DNA of 52,364 nucleotides from a virus (Duplodnaviria; Caudoviricetes): IMG/VR virus record IMGVR_UViG_3300030380_005007, positions 1 to 52,364 of that record; one strand, 5' to 3'. Shown piece by piece: positions 45,571 to 52,364 of this stretch (position 1 is its first letter; each line of letters starts with the position of its first letter). The notes under the pieces were generated by a model. It saw only the letters and a program-made list of their open reading frames with translations, ran no database searches and was not told where the DNA came from. The position numbers and the translations under genes were made by a program.

Positions 45571-45695
45571 TGGCTGATCTATCGGTTGCTCAAAAAAGAA
45601 AATTAATAAAAGAACTTAAAGGCGCCTCTAAGCTTCATGCAAAACAAGCAGCTCAAATAGAGAAATCTTTAAAAAAAGTTAAAAAGAAAAAATAA
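45570..45695 (+). CDS. Small basic protein (41 aa, not in track)
   Basis: MADLSVAQKRKLIKELKGASKLHAKQAAQIEKSLKKVKKKK; TAATG coupling both sides. Confidence 0.6.
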   Translation: MADLSVAQKRKLIKELKGASKLHAKQAAQIEKSLKKVKKKK

Positions 45696-46366
45696 TGTCA
45701 GTTTCAGGTAGTACAGACTTTGAGCCAAATGTAGCTGAGTTCGTTGAAGAAGCATTTGAAAGATGCGGCCTTGAAATGCGTACTGGCTATGATTTAAAAA
45801 CTGCAAAAAGATCTATAAATTTGATGTTAGCTGAGTGGGCTAATCGTGGTCTAAATCAGTGGACTATTGAACAAGCAACTACAACAGTTATTGAAGGAAC
45901 AACTGATTATAATTTAAACGCTAATATTATCGATATTCTTGATGTTGTTTGTAGAAGAACTGTTAGTGGAACTCAAACCGACATATCAATGGACAGGTTA
46001 AGCAGAAGTGAATATATAAATATTCCAAATAAAGATACAAAAGCAAGACCATCGCAATTCTTTTTTAACAAACAAAACAACCCTGTTTTACAAGTATGGC
46101 CAGCTCCTGAAAACTCAACCGATATTCTTGTTTATAACAAGTTAGTAAGAATGGATGATGCTGATAAAGCAACAAATACTATGGATATGCCTTTTAGGTT
46201 TTATCCTTGTTTTGCTGCTGGTCTTGCATACTACATTTCAGTAAAAAGGGCGCCTGAAAAAACAACTTTGCTTAAACAGCTTTACGAAGAAGAGTTTGAT
46301 AGAGCAATGTCGCAGGATGAAGATAGAGCATCTTTTAGAATTAGACCTTTTAGAAGTGTGGTTTAA
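45695..46366 (+). CDS. Head-tail adaptor (P22 gp4/T7 gp11-like)
   Basis: EEAFERCG...SINLMLAEW, VWPAP, GLAYYI. Confidence 0.65.
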   Translation: MSVSGSTDFEPNVAEFVEEAFERCGLEMRTGYDLKTAKRSINLMLAEWANRGLNQWTIEQATTTVIEGTTDYNLNANIIDILDVVCRRTVSGTQTDISMDRLSRSEYINIPNKDTKARPSQFFFNKQNNPVLQVWPAPENSTDILVYNKLVRMDDADKATNTMDMPFRFYPCFAAGLAYYISVKRAPEKTTLLKQLYEEEFDRAMSQDEDRASFRIRPFRSVV

Positions 46367-47089
46367 ATGGCTTACGCAAGCGGAAAATTTGCTGTAGGTT
46401 TATGCGATAAGTGTGGATTTAGATATAAATTAAATTCTTTAAAAAAAGAATGGAATGGTTTAAAAACATGTAGATCTTGTTATGAACCAAAACACCCGCA
46501 ATTAGACCCTCATACTGCTCCTGCAGATCCTCAAGCGATTTACCAACCTAGGCCAAATACCGATAAAGAAGTAGGAGAGGGATACGTAGTTGTTTTATAT
46601 AACTCAATTACAAGTTCAAATTCTATGAATCCAAATATAATAGGATCAAACTTTTCTTTATCTAGACTTGATGGCGAAATTGGCAGCGTAACTGTTTCTG
46701 TAGACGGATCTGTAACACCAACGCCATCTCCAACTCCAGCACCTACCCCAAGTCCATCTGTTACAACTTATACAGTTACAGTAGCAAGTTATTATGGTTC
46801 TAATTATTTTTATATTGATGGTTCAAGAGCACCAACACTTAGCCTGACAGAAGGTCAAACTTATAAATTTGATCAATCAGATAGCACTAATTCAAATCAC
46901 CCTTTAAGATTTTCAACTACTGCGAATGGTACGCATGGTGGCGGAACAGAATATACCACTGGCGTTACTACCTCTGGCACTCCTGGAAGCTCAGGTGCAT
47001 ATACTCAGATAGAAGTTGCATCAGGAGCACCAACACTTTACTATTACTGTACTAACCATTCGGGTATGGGTGGCCAAATTAACACATAA
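46367..47089 (+). CDS. Virion protein: CxxC domain + Pro/Thr linker + cupredoxin-like domain
   Basis: CDKC/CRSC; PTPSPTPAPTPSP; HPLRF...LYYYCTNHSGMGG. Confidence 0.6.
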   Translation: MAYASGKFAVGLCDKCGFRYKLNSLKKEWNGLKTCRSCYEPKHPQLDPHTAPADPQAIYQPRPNTDKEVGEGYVVVLYNSITSSNSMNPNIIGSNFSLSRLDGEIGSVTVSVDGSVTPTPSPTPAPTPSPSVTTYTVTVASYYGSNYFYIDGSRAPTLSLTEGQTYKFDQSDSTNSNHPLRFSTTANGTHGGGTEYTTGVTTSGTPGSSGAYTQIEVASGAPTLYYYCTNHSGMGGQINT

Positions 47090-47091
47090 AA

Positions 47092-47775
47092 ATGAGCAGT
47101 CCAATAACATTATCAGAACTTAAAACATTAATTCAGAACTATGTAGAGAATGATGAAACAACTTTCGTTAACACTCTTGATGACATAATTAAAAATACTG
47201 AAGAAAGAATTTTTGAACTAATTCAATTTGATTATTTTAGAAAAAATGTAAAAGGACTTTTGTCAGCCGGATCTAGATTTCTAACAGCTCCAGATGATTT
47301 TGAATTATCTTTTTCTTTGGCTGTAATAAATACAAACGGAGATTACAGTTTTTTAGATAAGAAACATACAAGTTTTATGCAAGAATATTGCCCTGATCCA
47401 ACCGATTCAGGTGAGAGAGCTTTGCCACTTTATTATGGTGATTTTGATAAAGATTTGCATACTGGATTAAAAGAATCAACAATTATTATAGCCCCGGTTC
47501 CCGATCAAAATTATGAAGTAGAACTTCACTATTTATATAAACCAAATTCATTAGTTACAGATACTACTGGAACTTGGATGTCCGAACATGCAAGAAATGC
47601 TTTACTTTATGGATGTTTAGTAGAGGCTTATACCTACATGAAAGGCGAGCCCGATTTATTAACATTGTATGAAAATAGATTTCAACAAGAAGTTGCAAGG
47701 TTAAAAAATAAAGCTGAGGCAAGAGGGAGAAGAGATGAATATAGATATGATTCATTAAGAACACAAGTTACTTAA
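47092..47775 (+). CDS. Second adaptor / tail tubular protein
   Basis: IIAPVPD, LLYGCLVEA motifs. Confidence 0.6.
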   Translation: MSSPITLSELKTLIQNYVENDETTFVNTLDDIIKNTEERIFELIQFDYFRKNVKGLLSAGSRFLTAPDDFELSFSLAVINTNGDYSFLDKKHTSFMQEYCPDPTDSGERALPLYYGDFDKDLHTGLKESTIIIAPVPDQNYEVELHYLYKPNSLVTDTTGTWMSEHARNALLYGCLVEAYTYMKGEPDLLTLYENRFQQEVARLKNKAEARGRRDEYRYDSLRTQVT

Positions 47776-47794
47776 ATTTTTAAAAGGAGAAGGT

Positions 47795-48538
47795 ATGAAG
47801 AGAATCAAGAAACTTGAAGGTAAAACTGTAGCTATTGTCGGTATGGGCAAAAGCTGGTTTGACTATAATTTAGCAAAATCACATGGCTCACATTTTGATG
47901 AAGTATGGGCTATCAATTCAGTAGCATCTGTTATTTATCACGACAGAGTTTTTATGCTTGATCCACCATCAAGGTTTTTAGATACCGATGATGCTGGAGG
48001 ACAAACCGAAAGCATGTCAAAGCTTCTTCAAGAACATCAAGGACCAATATATACATGTGAATTAGATGATAGATGTCCTGGATTAGTGGAATATCCTGTG
48101 CAAGAAGTATTATCAGCCACTGGATGTCATTATTTAAACAATACAGTTTCTTTTGCGGTTGCTTTCGCAGTTTGGAATAAAGTTGGAAAAATAAAATTAT
48201 TTGGTATTGATTTTAGTTATAGAGGCAATCTTCATTTTGCTGAGGCTGGAAGGGCTTCAGTAGAGTTTTGGTTGGGAAAAGCCATGCACTTAGGAATACA
48301 GGTTGAAGTAGCGTCAAGTAGCGGTCTTCTTGATACTGATGTTCCTGCAGATGAAAAACTTTACGGTTATCATAGATTGGCTGATCCTCTTGTTGTCATA
48401 ACTAATGAGAAAGGCGAGTTGATAGCAAGAAAAAAAAGTGAGGTAATTCAATACAAACAAGAAAAAGATCCTGTTTTGATTGACAAACATGACAGTCATT
48501 TGGAAAAAAATAAAGTGGGAGAACCAAACAAATGGTAA
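47795..48538 (+). CDS. Rossmann-like enzyme (glycosyltransferase/MptE-like)
   Basis: VAIVGMGKS, EVWAIN, IKLFGIDF. Confidence 0.45.
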   Translation: MKRIKKLEGKTVAIVGMGKSWFDYNLAKSHGSHFDEVWAINSVASVIYHDRVFMLDPPSRFLDTDDAGGQTESMSKLLQEHQGPIYTCELDDRCPGLVEYPVQEVLSATGCHYLNNTVSFAVAFAVWNKVGKIKLFGIDFSYRGNLHFAEAGRASVEFWLGKAMHLGIQVEVASSSGLLDTDVPADEKLYGYHRLADPLVVITNEKGELIARKKSEVIQYKQEKDPVLIDKHDSHLEKNKVGEPNKW

Positions 48539-48825
48539 TAAGTTATAAAGCTGGTCCAGAGCTTGGTATGATTGAAGTTCATACAACAAATGAAGGCGGA
48601 CATCCTATAGAATTTTGGTCTGATCTTTGTATCAAAAGAATTATTTCTGTTAGCGAGGAAGCGCCTGAAGAAATACAACAACAGATAAAATCATTCCAAG
48701 ATAACATTCAAAAAGTGATTGAACAATATATGCAAAATGCTATAAAATCTGATAGGATTACAATTAATAATGAATTAGAAAAAGCAGGTTTCAAAGAAGC
48801 TGCTGATTTAATTAGGAAACTTTAA
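48532..48825 (+). CDS. Hypothetical protein
   Basis: VHTTNEGGHPIEFW. Confidence 0.55.
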   Translation: MVISYKAGPELGMIEVHTTNEGGHPIEFWSDLCIKRIISVSEEAPEEIQQQIKSFQDNIQKVIEQYMQNAIKSDRITINNELEKAGFKEAADLIRKL

Positions 48826-48827
48826 CT

Positions 48828-49256
48828 ATGGCAATATCATCAACACTTACAACAAGCTTTAAAAAAGAATTGTTGCTTGGCAATCATAATTTTACTAACT
48901 CAAGTGGCGACACTTTTAAATTAGCTTTATATACTTCATCAGCTACTTTAGGCGCAACCACCACTTCGTTTACTACTACAGGTCAAGCATCTGGTACTAA
49001 CTACACTTCAGGTGGCTCTAACTTAACTAATGTTACTCCAACAAGTTCAGGTACTACAGCTTTTACTGACTTTGCAGATTTAACATTTAGTACAGCAACA
49101 GTTACTGCTAGAGGTTGTATGATTTACAACTCAAGTGATAGCAATAAATCAGTTGCTACTATTGATTTTGGTGGAGATAAAACATCAACTGCTGGGGACT
49201 TTACAATTGTATTCCCTGCAGCGGCAGCCTCTACAGCGATTATCAGAATCGCCTAG
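48828..49256 (+). CDS. Tail structural protein
   Basis: Thr/Ser-rich, FKLALYT, DFGGDK. Confidence 0.6.
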   Translation: MAISSTLTTSFKKELLLGNHNFTNSSGDTFKLALYTSSATLGATTTSFTTTGQASGTNYTSGGSNLTNVTPTSSGTTAFTDFADLTFSTATVTARGCMIYNSSDSNKSVATIDFGGDKTSTAGDFTIVFPAAAASTAIIRIA

Positions 49257-49262
49257 CCTTAA

Positions 49263-49901
49263 ATGGCTATCATAAACGGTTGGGGTCGAGGCACTTGGAA
49301 TGAAGGTGCTTGGGGCACAGCCTTACCTCTTACATTAACAGCTCCTAGCGCAGGAACATCTGCTTTAGGAACTGTATCCGTTGTAGCAAAAGCAAATGTA
49401 TCGCCTAGTGGCCTATCAATAACATCTACTAATGGTGGTGTTGCGGTAGATGCACCCGGCGTTGTTGGCGTAAACGGTCTAGCTGCAACAGGTGGTTTAG
49501 GAACTGTTATAACGCCATCTACAAATGTTTTATCAATTTCAGGTTTAGCTGGAACTTCTGCTTTAGGAACTGCTTCTACAGATGCTGAAGCGAATGTTAC
49601 CCTAAGTGGGCTAGAAGCAACTGGATCAGTTGGCTCAACTACACAAATAGCTAAAGCCAATCAAACGCCTACAGGACAAGCAGGCACTTCAGCTTTAGGA
49701 ACTGCAACAACTCAAACAGATAATAGATTTGAAATTATTAATCCTGTCAATTTAGTGGCGACTGTGGGAACTTTAAGTTTTGATGCTAAAGCCACAGTAA
49801 CGCTTACTGGTGTTTCAGCTACGGTAGAATTAGGCAAACCGTTTAAATGGCAAGAAATAGATGACAATCAAACTCCTAATTGGAGTGAAGTCGCTGCTTA
49901 A
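49263..49901 (+). CDS. Repetitive tail/whisker protein
   Basis: AGTSALGT repeats x3; WGxGxW N-terminus. Confidence 0.55.
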   Translation: MAIINGWGRGTWNEGAWGTALPLTLTAPSAGTSALGTVSVVAKANVSPSGLSITSTNGGVAVDAPGVVGVNGLAATGGLGTVITPSTNVLSISGLAGTSALGTASTDAEANVTLSGLEATGSVGSTTQIAKANQTPTGQAGTSALGTATTQTDNRFEIINPVNLVATVGTLSFDAKATVTLTGVSATVELGKPFKWQEIDDNQTPNWSEVAA

Positions 49902-49952
49902 TAGTGTAAAATTATTATTTATGATTTAATATATCAAATATAGGATTTAGTT

Positions 49953-50933
49953 ATGGCAACTTATGTAAACAACTTACGACTTAAAGAAATCGCCACAGGT
50001 GATGAGTCAGGTACTTGGGGAACCAGTACCAATACCAATTTAGAACTTATCGGAGAAGCTCTTGGTGTAGGAACTGAAGCGATTACCACTAATGCTGATA
50101 CGCATACTACAACCGTAGCAGACGGTAGTTCAGATGCTGGTCGAGCTTTTTATCTTAAATATACAGGAACATTAGACTCAGCTTGTACGATTACGATTGG
50201 CCCAAACACTATGAAGCGTGTGCAAATTATTGAAAACGCTACTAGCGGTTCTCAAAATATTATTATTTCCCAAGGATCTGGCGCTAACGTAACTATAGCC
50301 CCTGGAAAAGTAGCGGTAGTACAATTAGACGGAGCAGGAGCAGGTGCAGCAGTTTTAGACGCACTTACTGATTTAGCTGTTACTGATAGTTTATCAATAA
50401 ACGGTACAACTTTAACAATTGGTGATGCGACAGCAGAAGATACTAAAATAGTATTTGATGGTAACGCTCAAGATTTTTATATTGGTTTAGATGATTCAGC
50501 AGATGATTTAGTAATTGGTTTAGGATCAGCAGTAGGTACAACACCTGCTATTTCGGTAGATGAAAACCAAAATGTGACGATGCCACAAATTGTTACTGCA
50601 TCCACTTCAGCAAATATAACTCAAGTATCTTTAACAGACGGTACAGTATCTTGGGATGCAAAAGCAGCCGCTAACGCATTTTTACTATTAGAAGAAAACT
50701 CAACCATATCAGCTCCAAGTAACGCAGTTGAAGGAGCAATTATAAGTATTGAAGTAGCACAACATGCTTCTAGCGGACCGTATACTTTAGCTTGGAATGC
50801 AATTTTTGAGTTTGTTGGAGATGAAACCCCAACTCAAACAGCAACCGATGCTAAAACTGATATTTACGCATTCCGTTATAACGGTTCAAAATGGCAAAAT
50901 ATAGGTATTAGTCAAAACTTAACACAAAGCTAA
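49953..50933 (+). CDS. Tail fibre protein
   Basis: ATGDESGTWG..TN.NL N-terminal anchor; beta-rich. Confidence 0.65.
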   Translation: MATYVNNLRLKEIATGDESGTWGTSTNTNLELIGEALGVGTEAITTNADTHTTTVADGSSDAGRAFYLKYTGTLDSACTITIGPNTMKRVQIIENATSGSQNIIISQGSGANVTIAPGKVAVVQLDGAGAGAAVLDALTDLAVTDSLSINGTTLTIGDATAEDTKIVFDGNAQDFYIGLDDSADDLVIGLGSAVGTTPAISVDENQNVTMPQIVTASTSANITQVSLTDGTVSWDAKAAANAFLLLEENSTISAPSNAVEGAIISIEVAQHASSGPYTLAWNAIFEFVGDETPTQTATDAKTDIYAFRYNGSKWQNIGISQNLTQS

Positions 50934-52364
50934 TATGGAAACCCTCCAAAGGACAGCTAATCGAGGAAGCGTATCAACAGGTTATGATGTCGATAATTCT
51001 GTTAAGTTAGAAAGAGCTAATAATGAAACATTACAGCATACTTATGATTCAGACCCAACAAATTTAAAAAAGAATACTCTTAGTATTTGGTTTAAAAGAA
51101 CTGAGATAAGTGCAAATCAAGGACTTTATCAATTTGGTGATGATGCAAGTGGAGAACATACTTATTTTAGATTCACGGTTGATAACAGAGGATTTTTAAG
51201 AGGTAATTTTGGCAGTAATGTTCAATTCTTACTTACCTCACAATCATTTAGAGATACTTCAGCATGGTATCATTTAGTTGTTGCATGGGATACAACGCAA
51301 GGTACTGCTTCTAATAGATTAAAAATTTATTTAAATGGTTCAGAAATAACAGCATTTGATACTGATAATCGTTCCTCAGTAATTCCATTAAATCACGATA
51401 CACCAAATGGAGAAAATGGTAAGTCTGTATTAATTGGTGAGGGTGTTTATGACATTTCTGCTTATGTCGCTGAAACAAACTTTGTAGATGGTCAAGCATT
51501 AGCACCTACAGAGTTTGGTGAATTTGATTCTGATTCAGGTATTTGGAAACCAAAAAAATATACAGGCACTTATGGTAATAATGGATTTTATTTAGATTTT
51601 GAAGACTCTTCAAGTTTAGGGACAGACCAAAGTGGTAATGGTCATAACTTTACTTTAAATAATATTACAGCAGCCGACCAAGCAACAGATACTTGTACTA
51701 ATAATTTTGCTGTTTTAAACACACTTCATAGAATACCTGATACCACAAGAAAAGAAGGTCTTACAACCACAGTAAAAACTAATAATGGTTGGAGAACTAT
51801 AATTAGCACATTAGGTGTTTCTAGTGGTAAATGGTATTTTGAAATGAGCGTAGGAAGTGAATACACCATGGTTGGAGTTGCAGGTGATGCTGTTTTTGGA
51901 GGCGGAACTACAAACCAAAATTATATTGGTGGTGAAACAGGCAGTATCGGATATTATGGTAATAGTGCTACCTTCTATCAAGATGGTGCTGATAAATCAC
52001 CTAGTAATGTTTCAGGTTTTGTAGCTGATGATATTATTGGATTTGCATTTGATGCTGATAACAAGAAAATTTATTTTCATAAAAATGGCACTTACCAAAA
52101 TTCAGCGAATCCTAATACTAGCTCAAATGGCTATGATGTAACAGGCAATGCACCTTTCTTTTTAGGTTTTGCAACCTATCAACAATCCGACCAATGTGAA
52201 GCAAATTATGGTGGCTATCATGTTTATTCAGTCTCGTCAGGTAACAGCGATGCAAACGGATATGGTAACTTTGAATATGCACCACCTTCAGGCTACTATG
52301 CTTTATGCACTAAAAACTTAGCGGAGTACGGATAATGGCTTATACAAATATTGATGACCCTTCA
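50928..52364 (+). repeat. Divergent terminal repeat of 1-1440
   Basis: AGCTAATATGG at both 1 and 50928; last ~68 nt identical to 1373-1440. Confidence 0.85.
50935..52335 (+). CDS. Tail fibre / receptor-binding protein, LamG + SPRY-like (allele B)
   Basis: Colinear variant of 8-1411. Confidence 0.75.
   Translation: METLQRTANRGSVSTGYDVDNSVKLERANNETLQHTYDSDPTNLKKNTLSIWFKRTEISANQGLYQFGDDASGEHTYFRFTVDNRGFLRGNFGSNVQFLLTSQSFRDTSAWYHLVVAWDTTQGTASNRLKIYLNGSEITAFDTDNRSSVIPLNHDTPNGENGKSVLIGEGVYDISAYVAETNFVDGQALAPTEFGEFDSDSGIWKPKKYTGTYGNNGFYLDFEDSSSLGTDQSGNGHNFTLNNITAADQATDTCTNNFAVLNTLHRIPDTTRKEGLTTTVKTNNGWRTIISTLGVSSGKWYFEMSVGSEYTMVGVAGDAVFGGGTTNQNYIGGETGSIGYYGNSATFYQDGADKSPSNVSGFVADDIIGFAFDADNKKIYFHKNGTYQNSANPNTSSNGYDVTGNAPFFLGFATYQQSDQCEANYGGYHVYSVSSGNSDANGYGNFEYAPPSGYYALCTKNLAEYG

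Noticed and set aside
33370-51505. Minus-strand ORFs in the late operon (e.g. 39107-39439, 41278-41607, 44676-44867, 49259-49660)
   Set aside because: Antisense shadows; the 44676 repeat peptide is just the reverse of the 27-bp repeat
50935-52335. Diversity-generating retroelement template/variable repeat pair with 8-1411
   Set aside because: No reverse transcriptase; differences span the whole gene, are often synonymous and are not adenine-specific

Overview
Near-complete genome (~51 kb unit length) of an AT-rich tailed dsDNA phage with podovirus-type morphogenesis, resembling uncultured marine phages. The two window ends are two divergent alleles of the same tail/receptor-binding gene, so the map is circular. 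Modules: tail fibres and lysis (1-4.3 kb); tail nozzle and internal virion proteins (4.7-14.8 kb); replication/recombination (14.8-25.2 kb: resolvase, Prim-Pol/helicase, Cro-like HTH, AAA_24 ATPase, DUF669 SSB, RecE-like exonuclease, SF2 helicase); an iteron-rich putative origin and terS (25.2-26.3 kb); early/host-takeover operons (26.3-32.7 kb); and the late operon (33-52 kb: terL, portal, GroES-like, scaffold, major capsid, adaptors, tail). No family A/B DNA polymerase, RNA polymerase, integrase, tRNA or CRISPR was seen. The most striking feature is an apparent RNA-based regulatory layer. A hairpin at the +1 of the putative late promoter (32877-32941) has a loop complementary to the start regions of five replication-phase genes. 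Early operons end in hairpins with anti-Shine-Dalgarno loops. An intergenic array (24.65-24.88 kb) alternates anti-start-codon hairpins with covarying pseudoknots. Also notable: an unannotated 53-aa ORF beside the origin resembling the DnaE-binding tail of the Pol III tau subunit, about 26 strand-polarised GTCGGG motifs, and a dense GATC cluster in the early region. All calls are by eye; no searches were run.
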